Below the pieces are notes generated by a model that saw only the letters and a list, made by a program, of their open reading frames with translations, made no database searches and was not told where the DNA came from. Below are positions 38,612-52,503 of a stretch of 64,000 bases of DNA, one piece after another; within the stretch, counting starts at the first letter, position 1; every line of letters begins with the position of its first letter. Both the position numbers and the translations under genes were made by a program. Source of the stretch: Sphagnum compactum (Eukaryota); contig OZ234493.1 of assembly GCA_965153455.1 (NCBI GenBank), positions 32,726,213 to 32,790,212 of the forward strand. Direction: 5' to 3'.

Positions 38612-39491
38612 AAAATTGGTTGTCTGTGAATTACACCCAACAAAAAACAGACAAAACAGGTCTTTCTCACAGGGAGCAGTCAAGACCAGAAACCAAACGT
38701 AGTTACAAGAGACATACCAACAATGTGGATGGGAAGGGCGTTGCTGGGAACTATTTTTGTAAGATGGAGAAGACGATGGGGTATGAGTGTTGCTGGACGT
38801 CTTCATAGTTTCTATTATCCAGTTGGACTTGCAGAGGCTTGCACCACAGCAAGCGTCGGGTGTTGCCGACCATTCTTAGGCTTCAGTCGCAACTTCTGTT
38901 ATACATCTCTGTCAATGTATCTTACATATTTGTTTTTTGCATCAAAACATTGTGATGCCTTTCCTCACCTTTCATCACCTGCTTTTTTTAACCTGTTGAT
39001 GAGAATGGAGTGTCTTCATGCAGGATGCTGTAGAGGACTTGGCATCTACTGCTCTCACATCATGTGTGCTCCTGTGCGCCTTGTTGTGCCTCTTGTGGGG
39101 ATATTCAAAATCTTGCAATTAGTCAATTCTTAAAAATTTGGAAAATTCCTCAGCACGGGTTTGAATTAAATCATTGACAAATTAAAATCAGCGTTTCTTT
39201 TCCAGAGACACTTGGCTACACAAAAGTATTGCCCCATATAAAATGGTTTTTGTGAATCGAATCATCAGATTTTGAGGATAAAGTTGTCATATTTGATCCT
39301 AGCAGATCGCCAGAACATAGCAGGATGCGGAAAACTTCCTACTTTTCACTGTGACCGGTAGGCAAATTTGGATCATTCCAATTGTGGATGATCGCCATTG
39401 TGGCGACATCATAAAATTGAAAAAAGAAAACAAACACTGCAAAATGAGCGAGAGCTAGATCTCTAAAAAAAAAGCAAATATATCAAATTTT

Positions 39492-39564
39492 CGATCACGG
39501 TGGGACTCGAACCCACAATCTCCCGCTCCGGAGGCGAGCGCCTTATCCATTAGGCCACGCGACC
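39492..39564 (-). tRNA. tRNA-Arg (anticodon CCG)
   Basis: Minus strand reads GGTCGCGTGGCCTAATGGATAAGGCGCTCGCCTCCGGAGCGGGAGATTGTGGGTTCGAGTCCCACCGTGATCG, a 73-nt cloverleaf with anticodon loop CT-CCG-GA and T-loop TTCGAGT. Confidence 0.95.
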
Positions 39565-41098
39565 ACATACACAATTAAATTTCTCAAATATTATTTACAA
39601 CTTAAAATAGTTTGCTTGCATGTCATCATTCCCCATATTCTTTTTACACACTCCAAAACTCCAAAACGTGAGGAAGTCCAGCTGCTGGATGTTTTTGAAG
39701 GGAGCCAACGATCACATATGGCCAGAGACTAAAACAAAAAGAGAAGAAGAAGATGGTTGGGTTGAAGCAGCCTTTGATATGATGCCTTCACGAAGCACAA
39801 CAACAGACAAGCAGAGAAGTTCAATGCAACAGAGATTAAAAATCGCAAAAATAATAATGTCAAGGAGGAAAATATTTGTGTTTCTCTAACATGATTCATT
39901 TATATGCTGGGTTTAAAGCCTGAGGCTGCAGGTTATACCAGAATAAGGGCCCATGTGAGGTGGAGTCTGAGTGTGGGCCTGATTCTGGGTTATAAACCTG
40001 TGGCCTAGTGCTTCACCAATTGTAAAGACCCTCCTTCATATGGTGCTCTCCCATTACATGTAATGATCATTGTTGTGAGGGTTATGCGGTTTGAAGGGTA
40101 AAAATCAACGGTTCAGGTTTAGGTTCTTGTAACCCAGACCCAAGTTGACATCAACTTGGTTGAACAAGCACAAAGAACTGGACCATTGAAAAAATGTTTT
40201 GCTAGATTCGAAAGTGAAATTAGAACTGTGAAAAGATATTATTGAAAATAGGGTAAGAATATATATGTTAAAAAGTTGACTTTTTTGCAAAAAGTTAATA
40301 AGTAGACTGAACTTTATAATTAATTATTAATTAGTTGTTTTACTCTCTATTTACATAGACCCCTATTTAAATTTGTTGTAAAACTTTGTATTCACCTAAT
40401 TTTTAGCATTGGGGAATGTGTAATGTGTACATGAAACCAGACTCGCCCCATTCAAAATCGAGTCCAAAGGTTCTTGAATTTGAAAGAATGTGATAAAACA
40501 AGAACAGAATGGTTCAAATTTTGGAAGAACCTGGCTCAAATCCTTAACTAGAGAACCATCACATACAAATTTTAAAATGTCAGAACCGAACAGGAGCTTC
40601 TCTCAAAAAGGAAGAACCAGACAAAACTGGTAATGACCTACCAGAAATTTTGCAGTGTATCTGGAGGTAACATTTCGTTTTTCATAATACCCCCCTCCTA
40701 TTTCGCCTCGGTTTCTCCACTTAATTTTTTGGCAGGTCTTATTGCCTTGTGTGCCCTTATTTTGGTAATGCCCCTCGACCTAGTGCTTTACCCTACACCA
40801 AAAAAATTGGCACAGGTCTGTACAGCTCCTTCACGCTTCCTTCTCATGCAATGAAACTGGGACACTAGCATCCATGAGGATTGGTGCAGGTATCAAGACA
40901 TAAGTCTTTGGATCTTGTCCTGAAGACTCTACTCCCCTCACCCCTAAACGTCAGGGCAGATCACTTTCCCTTGGGATTTCGCCCCTGACATTTAGGGATT
41001 AATGAGTCTAGAGGTACAACTGAACTTAACCTGAAGGAAAGGTGGAATGATACAGCAGTGCAAGTGCCCCTTCCATTGTATCCACAATTTAAACATTA

Positions 41099-41497
41099 GA
41101 GATATCCGTAAAGTGAGGAAAAGACAGGGTCAGTACTCCGAGTTTGGTCATACACAGGGTGAGATTTTTTAATCCTACAAAAAAGTACATTAGCATTCAA
41201 GGGGGAGTGAAACTCAGAAAACCATCAATTTTGAGGGTTTTCTGAGTTTCACTCCTGTCTTTCTTTTTTCCTGAGCGCCTCCACTGCTGCTACATAGATT
41301 TTCACTGCTCCTACCTGTACAGCTACTATAATTCCTCTTGAACCTTGTGCATTAAATGCTGAGTTTCAGCATTTCGCACCGGGTTTCAGCATTTCACAGT
41401 GAGATTTAATAAAATTTCCTTACCTTGCGGATACCACTAAAAAAGGGATTAGGGGGTGAAAGACAGGGTGAAGACAGGGTGACTTTACGGATACCTT
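41099..41497. mobile_element. MITE-like element (~400 bp) with central near-perfect hairpin
   Basis: Termini GAGATATCCGTAAAGT / ACTTTACGGATACCTT with TA on both flanks. Internal hairpin GGAGTGAAACTCAGAAAACC...GGTTTTCTGAGTTTCACTCC (41204-41255). Second copy at 6191-6466. Confidence 0.65.
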
Positions 41498-42092
41498 TAT
41501 TGTGTGCAGGAAATCCAGGGCCACAACCAAAGGGCATAACAAATATGCGAGGTTCAAGTTCCTCCATTTCCACATCTGTTGAAAATTTATATTAGGTAGT
41601 CATATTGATGCAAATTCTTACAAACCTCCGCGGAGAAATATTTCAGGAGTGATAGTGCAAATCACCTTAATTTCTTCTCACTTGCCTTCTGATTGCTGGA
41701 GGTGGAACCACACAAAGCCCACCTTCAATTGGTCCTACTTTTCACACTAACTTACTAACGGATTAGTGCTAACATTCTAGAGAGTTGGGTCCTTCAGTTT
41801 ATGATAGACACTTCAGAGGATGGTACTAGTCTGGCATGATAGCTTTCCATGTTGGAACAAATATGGAGTTTGAGGTTGCAGGGAAGCTAAATAGAGATGC
41901 CGTCTGCTCCAACTTTCTGCTCACCCTACACCCACATAAACATCTGCTCATCATCCCCCAGCAATACATATACAATTTATGGACATGTTGCAGAGGCAAA
42001 AATCGTGGTAGTGAAACGTTAAAAGAAGCTCTGTTTATATATATATTTTAAAAACTATATTATTTGTTAATGCTTGAAAAGGTCTTGCGTTT

Positions 42093-42164
42093 GCCTTCGT
42101 AGCATAGTGGTAGTGCGTTCCCTTCGTAAGGGAAAGGTCGTGAGTTCGATCCTCACCGTGGGCT
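42093..42164 (+). tRNA. tRNA-Thr (anticodon CGT)
   Basis: GCCTTCGTAGCATAGTGGTAGTGCGTTCCCTTCGTAAGGGAAAGGTCGTGAGTTCGATCCTCACCGTGGGCT forms a cloverleaf with anticodon loop TT-CGT-AA and one U-U mismatch in the acceptor stem. Followed by an oligo-T Pol III terminator. Confidence 0.93.
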
Positions 42165-43840
42165 TTTTTCATTTTACTCTTTTTGGTTCGTTTTGTATTA
42201 TATCCCCACTAAATTTACAGATCTGCTCACACACTTTTTCTGATGTTAGAACCCACAAGATCAAATCTTTCTGAGAACCCTTGTTCCCTTATTACCACAG
42301 AGGGGATTGCTTCATCTTCCATATTAGGGGTTTTTTCGTTTTTCTTTTTTAATTATATGCATTTCCTTCAATTTTGTGCTTTCCAAAGTTTTTGTGAATT
42401 TTTCCAAATTTCTAGCAAATTTTCCGAATTTCTTGCTCACTATAGTGCAAAAAATTGTTCAGAAAAAAACATGGTTCCCTATTAGTAGGGATCTAATGTG
42501 TGTGTGTGTATTGGAAAGTCATCCATTCCAAGACTATTTTCAACAGGTCAGGTGTTCAAGTTCATCCAATTTTTTCAATGTTGGTGTCAGGGCTTTTTTT
42601 TTTTTTTTTTAAATATTAAATTTCATTTTTGTGGTTTCTAGAGTTTGGCAATTTTTCTGATGGCATTTTATTCTCAGATTTTCACTCAAAAAACGAAAAT
42701 TTCCAAATTTTTCCCTTTTTTTGGGGGGTCATAAAGTGGCAAAAAAATCACCAAAATAATAAATCACTGGTCAGTGTCCAGATGAGGCTAAGCTAGAGAG
42801 AGGTACACCTAATTCCATCACTACACTCTAAACCAACCCTTATGGTGGTCTCATATCACCATAAGATATCACCATGGTTAGGTGATATGGTTCTTTGTGG
42901 GGGGGGGGGATGGGTAACATTCTACAATAATGGATTAATTTACCATAAGGCACCTTTTTTATCACCTAACCAAAGCCATTATGCATGTTTTAAAAAACAG
43001 TCTTTTGCACTAATAAAACCATAATGGATGTTTTTTTTTAAAATTTTTTATACACTGAATAAACAGCAATGGAACTAATTTTGTGTGTATTTTATGGATC
43101 TTTCATAAATAATAGATTTAGGTGATTAGAAGGCTGGTTTTCAAGATGAATTATGTTTAATTTCAAAATTTGAGATGGCAATAAAAAGACATGTTTTCGA
43201 TCTATTGGTAGCACTCTTCTGAATGGTTCGAAGCATCTCAGATGCAATAAAATCAGGTCTATGGGCTCTTTTCAAGTTGAAGTATGTAAAATATGTTTCA
43301 ATACTTTCAGCTGATTTCTAACTCAATGATTACAACTTGGCACCCTAAACCATTCTACTTTGCTGAATCGATGTTTCTCTTCGGTTGCATTCAACTTTTG
43401 AATGTGAAGACAACAGCGCAATAGATAAATTGTTTGCAAGTTCATCATTGAAGAGCTTTACAAACATGGATAGTGTTCTAGTTTGGGGTACACAAATGTT
43501 CATTCCACCATCTCCAAATTCAGACCAAATATGTGAGAGTACTAGCATAGAAAGTCTTTGTCAAAATGAGGAACTTCAATATTCAGCGAAGAGTGAGGGT
43601 CAAAAGGAGCATGATCCAACCTTCATGCATCCTGATGTATAAGGAGAAGATGAAGGTTCAACAAGTTGGGAGGAGCTGAAGCAGTAGTTCAATTCAAGGA
43701 CTCTTGGGCTACACTAGGTGATGTCACCAAACTCACCCCTAAATATTAGAATCATGCCATACACCAGCATTTGGAAATGGTCCACAGTCTTCCAACAATC
43801 CTACACTTGCTGCCCAAAAAAAAAACATTTGACTTACAAG

Positions 43841-45450
43841 ATGCAAGCAAATGGAAATTGGAATGACGAGTCCTTGAAAAGGGCCTTGAAGGCAGTGGAC
43901 ATGGGTTCTGCAGTTAGTATGGCAAGCTGCAGCTTGTCATTTTGGCATTCCAAGGACCTTTTTGAAGGACCATGTCAATGGAAAAACAAAATCTCGGAAG
44001 AGTGGATAGGATGCAATGTTATCTGCATGAGAAAAGAAACACATTGTCAATTGGGTGCTAAAGATGCAACAAATTGGTCTATCTGTGTCAATTCAAACTC
44101 AAGTTTAAAATTGCAGAAATAACACAAGAGAAAGTGACACCATTCACACATGGTGTTCCTACACAAAGCTAGTGAAAATGGTCCAAAATAAAACACCCTC
44201 ATTGACTTTGAGAGTGGCTCAAGGGCTAGAAGTAAGTAAGGTCAGAGGGTTAAATGTGGACAATGTTGCAAGTTTCTATGCAAATCTGGAAAAACTCTAT
44301 GAACTCCATCCCACAATTGGAATTGTGATGAGTCAAGAGCACAAGCTAGATGTGGTGGCCAAGGGCGAATCTTTGCAAAGAAGGGCTCACATTTCGTACA
44401 TTGTTATTCCAAAAGAGCAAAAGTGGATGTCTATGCTCACTTGTATCAATGTTGCATGAATAAACATTCCCAATTTCTACATTTTCAAAGGGAAATGGAT
44501 GTGCAGGAACTACATTAAACAATGCGAAAATGGTGTCACCATGGCCATGCAATCCAAAGCTTGGATGACCAATTATTTGCCAATTGGATTGTTCATTTTG
44601 TGAAGTTGGTGAATAATAACATGGATTACATTTCTCATTTCTCATTCTAATCAACACCTTCTAATCCTTGATGGACATAATTCCCACGTCACTTTGGAGA
44701 CTATCCAGCAAGCTAAGGATGTGGGTTTGGATTTACCCACCTTACCAGCGCACACCTCTCATGAACTCCAACCTTTGGATGTGAATGTCTTCAAGTCATT
44801 CAAAATTGCCTTCCGCAAGTTTCGAGGTATTTGGAGTCTAGCCAACAAGCACAAATTTGCACAAAAGGAGGATTTGGCACAATGGGTTTCATTGACCTTG
44901 CAAAAATCCATGACAAGAAACATCTTGAAGGACTTTAAGAAAACATGAATTTGGCCTTTTGATCTTAATGCAATGGAGGGAAAAATGGGGCCAAGCAACA
45001 TTTTTAGCCATGGACGTCTTTTATCCAGATTCAAATAGCACATCTGATGATGAAACTAACCAATAAACATTACAAGTCAATGTTTTTGAATTTCAAAAGC
45101 CAATGGAGGAGGGCATATTTGAAACACAACAAAAACAATGTCACTACTTCATGGAGGAAATGGAAAATGATGATTGAAACATGTCCAACCACACACCACA
45201 ATCAAGTGTCACTACTTATGTCCAAGATAAAGAGCAACAAGACATCCCCAAGTTTTTGACTATGTCGCAACTAGAAGGCCCAAAAAGAAAGAGGTTAGAT
45301 CATCCCATTCTTGATTATAACAAGTCAATCATCATGACAAGTGAGGAGTACCTACAAGCTTTGGAAGAAAAAATTAAAAGGAAAAAAAAACCTACCAATG
45401 AGTGTGAACAGAAAAGGCAAGAGTTGAAAGAAACTAAAGAAATATGAATG
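43841..45450 (+). pseudogene. Decayed pogo/Tigger-like (HTH_psq + DDE_1) transposase
   Basis: N-terminal GNWNDESLKRALKAV (psq-type HTH), plus LTCINVA, FYIFKGK, MAMQSKAWM, LLILDGHNSHVT and LPAHTSHELQPLDVNVFKSFK, spread over several frames with stops. Element ends not found. Confidence 0.85.
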
Positions 45451-48400
45451 CTCAAAATAGTAGTTGAAAAGGCAGCAAAGCTCGAAAGAGCTCGATAGAA
45501 ATCTATCAAGAAAATTTATAATGAGTAATGGTCATCAAAGAACTTGAAGGCTACTAGTGATTGATAACATGATGCCATCAAATCAAGTGAACCAATCCAA
45601 CAAGAAGGTTATTTAACACCATATTCTGGAACTATCCCATCATGGTGCAAATATAACTAGGCGATTCTAATCAAGAGGAGAAAAATGAAACTACAAAGAA
45701 AAGACACATCAGGGTTGCCACCATTCATAGAGCACCCAACACTTTTTCGACCTTCAACATTTCAAGTTGGAAGACTCTAATGATGTTATTAAATAAGCTT
45801 ACTTACCAAATTGATTAGTTAATATTTTCAATAGGTTAAGTTTTTTAGCACCATAGACAATTTTGCCCCTTCCAAATGCAAATATAAGTTAGTATAAACA
45901 ACTATTAAACCCATACCTCAACAAACAAACAAAAATTGAAAAAAATGCATTGTCATGTTAATAGTACATTTTTCTTATAATGAGGAAGAGATAACTATCT
46001 AGTAGTTAATGTAGTAATTTGCAAATACATTAGAGTTGATGAAGCATTGGATCAATCCAACATTAGTGACCATTACGTAAACCATCAACATTCAATAATA
46101 CATTTACATGCAATGATGTTATAAACTCACAGTCACATTGTATGAAATGTAAGGATGTATAACTTCACAAACAAAAACTACAATGTCAAGTATAAAATTG
46201 TTTGACTTTATTTATAGTTCAACCTTACAATGACCACACTCTCATGGATTTGCATTATCTTGCTCAACCACCATCACCATTTGCCAAACATTTCTACCTA
46301 CACCAAGTTCTCCTACCAATCTTTTCAAAGTGAAACAAATGTGATCAAAAACTGAGATGCACTCATATTTTAATAATACAAATGAAATAATTGAATATTT
46401 TGATTGGGGATCACATTGACTTTGCTATTAAATTTCATTAAAAATTGTTACTTCAAGAATTGTAACCAATATGTTTACAAACAAATAGAAATTACAAAAC
46501 ATTCGCTACAACAAAAAAAATTCTTCCAATATGTGTTTAGCAATACTAGCATTATGAACATATATACCCGTTTTGTAACATTATTGATACATAGAACAAT
46601 TGTGTAGTATTCGGCATGTCTATTCAAGCCATGTTCATTCTTAAATCCTTGCAATTAATGTATCACCTTAAAAAATAGACATAGGAGTCTAGGTTTGGTT
46701 GATTTGATGCAACACACCTCCACAATTCTAGGATGATTACACTTGTCAAATCATCTACATGGTCCTATACGTCTCTTAATAGTTCTTTGTGATAGCCCCA
46801 AACACTTTTTAACAATCCTTTCACTAGAAGAATTCATGTCCTATGCAACCACTTCTTAAACAACTAGTGATCCTCAATAACTAAACAAACAACTATGAAC
46901 CATATTTGCAACTATCTAGCTTATGTGGCAATATGTGTAGTTACAATCTAATGGTTATTACAACTAATGGATTAATGGAATGAATGTTTAACATAATGTG
47001 GGCATGTATTCAATTTTATATACTCTCAAACTAAATATGTAAAGTTGTTAAAGTGATTACCAACAATAATAACTATGACATTATGATATTGCATATGATA
47101 TTAAAAGAATTTGGTATTTTATGTAACTACCTACTTTTAAAATTATAATATTATTTAAGATCTATGATGTGGAAAATTAATGTCTATCACTTTACATTTA
47201 ACATGTGCAAATTTGCCACATGGTGCAAATATGTAATCAAATTAACATAATTGTAATCATAAGTTAATTGTATATTGTGAATTATATCGAAAATATAAAT
47301 AATAATTTTACATCATACATCATAAAATATAATTTAACATGTACATTCATAAAATTTTTCATAAGTCATTTTGTAATGGCAATAGTCATGTATGCATTAC
47401 ATGAAAACACATGTGTATATGAAGTTCAAATGGAATCATTTTTTAGGGATCTATAAAAACAATTAATTTTAGTTTTTTTATTTCTACAAATGGCATGCAT
47501 ACATGTATAAAGGTTTAATTAATGATAATTTTAAAAAATCTAAATTAAATGTGATATTGATTTGTTTGTTTATAGTTTAAAATTTAAAGTGAAATTTTTG
47601 AAATGAATATTTAAATTGATATAATATATTTACATCTGAAATTTTTGAAAATTAAATTTTTTATAGAAGTATGGAATTAAAAATATGGATTAAATTAAAT
47701 TTAAAATATTAATTAAATTTATACTTTATGGCCCAAAATTATTAAATCAGTTTGACTTAATTATTTAAAAATACATATATATAATTAAAATGAATTAAAA
47801 ATTAAAAATTAAATTTATTTTATAACTAAAAATATGGTAAATTATTAGTTAAATTTAAATATTTTTTTTTAAATGACAGTATTTTATTGTCATGATTCAT
47901 CATTTTTTTGATGAAAAAGCTTAATTATAAAAGAATTTTTTGTTAAAAATAGCTTGGGTGATATATTTCAATTTACATTAAAATTTTATTTCAACAAAAA
48001 AATAATTAACCCGTTTAAAAATATGTTCTTGTAATGCATTTTTTAACTTGAATGTCAATGGATACAATTTTAAATCCATTTCATGTTTATAAATAGTGAT
48101 GGAATGCAATTATGCACCATCTAACATAATTTGGACAATGATAATGTGTGTGCAAAGTTTGCACATTTGCACTATAAGTTGCAATTTAATTGGTTAGTGT
48201 TACTAAAATCAGCTGACATACAAATATTTTGGAACCCATAACTAAACAATTAGTTGCAAAAGACATCAACAATTTCATTTGTTAATGGATGAATGAAAAA
48301 TCATACAACATTAGGTTTGTCAATGGATGAATAAAAAATCACACAAGCATTAGGTTCATCAATGGAAAAACTTGTTTAGTAGTTATTCTAGTAATCATTT

Positions 48401-50974
48401 AGTTGCCATTTACAAATTGGGCACATTGTAGTTACAGTTACACACAAGTACTACCTTGTGTCAATGTGAATTGTCACATAGTTATGAGTTAATAGCCAAT
48501 AATATTTTCCACCACACTTGTAGTTGCAAGAGAATTGCAACAAATATCAACAAAGTTCATTATTGATAGATGAATGGACAAAAAACAATGTTAGCATGAC
48601 ATTATGATGATAGTTTCAATTTAGTTTCCTTAGAATTGCACAATAATTATTCATGCATAATTGCAACTAAATTGCATAATTTGCATACATATATGGTTCC
48701 ATATGATGAATTGCATGTGTTGCAACTCATGTAACTCATTTGATAACACTCATGTCGTAGAAATACATTGAATTGCAATGAAATTGCAAGTGGTCATTAA
48801 TTTAAAAACCCAATTGCAAGGCTAGTTGCATGACCAATTTCAAATCATCCTATTTCTCATACTATGAAGGAATGAATCATGAATGAGAACCCCACTCAAA
48901 GGCCATCATGTTTCATTATGAATGACATCCATCGACAACATCATGCAACATAATACAATTCTCAACTTCAATCCTTAGTTTTTTTGGGGTTCATTTTAAT
49001 TGTCATCTTTTCATTTTATTTTTTTCTCTTTGATTTTTTTAAATTTTCTTTTATACCAATATTTTTTGTTTTATCTTATAGCCATGTGTGGGAGGACACA
49101 AATGTGTCAATGTTTTTGTGTGTTTGGGATGTTTTAAAGAATTGGAAAAAGATGATCATGTCCAAGGTGCCAAAGGTTAGGGATAAAAAGGAAGTACCAT
49201 AGTACCTTTACCTATCGAAATTTTCAGAATTAAAAAATCAAGTGCCGAAGTTAAGATTTTAAATTTAATTAATTATTCAGCATTCTATTGCCAAAATGGT
49301 AAAGGTACTACGGTAATGTTCTAAGCTTTGCAACACACCATGTAGAAGTCTATTGAATATGAAGAAATTGTGGATGAATTTGTCCAACACACAAGGGAAA
49401 AACTAATGATGACCAAAGTGGAGGATTTTGGAGGGGAAACATTCCACAATTACTTTTGGACCTATTATGATAAGTTTGGTAAGAACAACTAATCACCATT
49501 GTTTAAAAAATTCAAACATAAGTTTTACACATTTACAAAATATTAGACATGGATATTGCATCAAATAACATACAAAGATCATTGGCATTGACCTTGTGCA
49601 TAAAATTGTGTTCATATATTGCTTGTAATGTGTTCCCTAGTTTGAACATATATATATTGCATGATCTTAACATTATACTTGTCGTACCTTATGGTTACAA
49701 CACTTGTGGAATGATTGTTGTGAACCTCAAAACTTAACATAGGCATTACATTGCTGGTTAGATGGTTTTTTTAAACCCCACTTCAATGCCACATACATTC
49801 ATGTTTGCATACCCAAGTCATTGGTATTATTATAATCATCCATATGACTAGTACAACTATAAGAATTTACATGTGTTATGTGATGCATAATATATGTTCA
49901 AGAACATAAGTATTGCCATTTTGAGGTCTTATCTTGTTGGTTATCTTGTTTATATGCTTGATAAATGCACATTTTCAATAAACCTTAAGCATTATTAAGG
50001 ATGATCAAAGTACATCTGCAATATGTACTATGTTATCCATGTTAAACCATTTTTATATATGTCAATGTGAACATAGGTATTGCAAATGACATATTCATAA
50101 ATAATGTATCATTTCCATTATTACCTATGGTTTGGGTATTGTTTGAATTATAATATTTGTATCAATTGATATTGCGAGCATGATTGTACTTTGACATAAC
50201 AATACCTAAATTCAATGCTTTGAATGTAGTTTTTCAATTGATAAAATACGTTAAAAAAATAGTAACCTTATTGATTACAAATTCACAAATCACAATACCT
50301 ATGTTGTGACTTTCAAACATTAAATGAAATCTTGTAATATGCAACCATCCTTTTTACAACGACATGCAACTAAGTGTTGGTTGCGACTATATTTGATTTT
50401 TTTTGCAACTGATTATTAATGTTCATACTTTATATGGTGAAATGTGACTATATTGGGACTACCATGTGACTATTGAAATATCCATCTTTTCATTTGGATG
50501 ATTGTTGGGATTGTTTTCATCCAAAAATAGGTTCATATGTCCATTAGTTATATTTGGGATCAAAATTAGTCGCAACCATATGCCATATACATAGTTCTTT
50601 CATGTACACTAAGGTGTATTATAACTAAATTTGGGATACAATTATGTGAAGTATTAGGGTTGCATTAAAGGTATATTTAAAAAGTTTATTAGGAGTATAT
50701 TATACGTTCATTATGGATAGATTAATCATATATTGTGCATATTAAGGGTTTTATGAATGTGGTTTTTGTGGTGAATTTTTGCCATTTGGCGACATTGTTT
50801 ATTTAAAATTAAACCTTTGTTTTGGTTTTGATATTCTCAACAACCTTCTCACCTTTCTTTGTCCTTGACACAACAAATTTATTGTGACACCCTTGTTCCA
50901 TAACAAAACAAATACAATGATCACAATGTGAAATGCAATGGAAGATGCAATTCATGCCCATTACACCCAATTCT

Positions 50975-52503
50975 TTTGAAATTGCAATTGGAATTTCAAA
51001 CAAGTTACATGAACTTGAAATCAATTCATATTTCAATTTTGAGAATTGTTATTTATATATATATATATATATATATACTTTAATTTTGAATGTTTTTATT
51101 TGAATATGAAATTTCATATTTCAATTCGGAAAATTATTATTTCAATCTAAAAATTTGATTTTCAATTATGTAAATTATTATATGAATTTGAATTTTTATT
51201 CTAAAAACTGTTATTTAAATTCTGAAAATTATTATTTGAATAAATAAATATATATATGTATATATATTTCAATCCGCAAATGGTTATTTTCATTCTGAGA
51301 ATTAATATTTTAATTTTAAAAATGCTATTTGGATCTGAAAATTCATTTTTCTATTCTAAAATTTGATATTCAATTCTAAAAATTCAAATTTCAGTTATGA
51401 AATTTTTTATTGGAATTCAACAATTGTTCAATGAATCTGAAATTGAAACTTGTATTCTAGAAATTTTATTGTTTAAATTAAAAATTTGATATTTGAATTC
51501 TGAAAATTATGATTCAAATCTGAAAATTACCCCATATTTTGATTTTTAAAAATTCAAATAACAATTTCCAAAATGGAAATATTAAGTTTCAATTTCAAAT
51601 AAAACATTTTGAATTCAAATAATTTTTTAAGGATTCAAATACAAATTTTAGAACTCAAATAACTAGTTTTGAATTCAACTGAAAATTCTCAGAATTGATA
51701 TATCAATTTTTAGATTCAAATAATGATTTTCAAAATTCAAAAAACAAAATTTAGATTCAAATAATAATTTTCAATATTCAATTACAGTTTTTTAAATTCA
51801 AGTAATAATTTTATGAATTTAAATATGAATTTTCAAAATCCAATAACATTTTTTGGAATTGAAATATCACTTTTCAGTTGCAACTAGCAATTTTTAGAAT
51901 TAAAATATCAAATTTCATATTCAAATAAATTTTATTGGGATTTAAATATCAATTTTCAGACTCAAATAAATATTTTCTGAAATAAAATATCAAATTTGAG
52001 ATTCAAATATTGTTTTTTAGAATTCAAATGTCATTTTTCAAATTTTAAATATCAATTTTGAGATTGAAATATTAATTTTTGAATACCAAAATAAAAAGCA
52101 GATTTCCAATATGAATTTTTGAATCCAAATCATTATCTTTACATTTGAAATATCAATTTTGAGATTCAATTTTTTTTTAAAGAATTAAAATATCAATTTT
52201 CATAACGAAATGACAATTTTTGGATTGAATTATCACTTTATGGTGGAAATAATAATTTTCGAAATTCAAATATCAAATCTTATATTCAAATAACAACTTT
52301 TAGGATTGAAATATTAATTTTCAAAAATCAAATATCAAGTTGATATTCAAATAACACTTTTCAGAGTTGAAATATCTATTTTCAGAATTTAAATTTGTCA
52401 AATTTCATATTCAATTACAATTTTCAGAATTGATATATTAATTTTCAGAACTTAAATGTCAAGTCCATCTTCAAACAATTTTTTTTAGATTTTAAATATC
52501 ACT
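50975..52503. repeat. Fold-back array of ~21-bp AT-rich units (consensus ~ATTTTCAGAATTCAAATATCA) that switches orientation at ~51530
   Basis: Left part carries TGATATTTGAATTCTGAAAAT-type units, right part carries the reverse complements. (TA)n tracts at ~51054-51077 and ~52505-52526. Confidence 0.75.
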
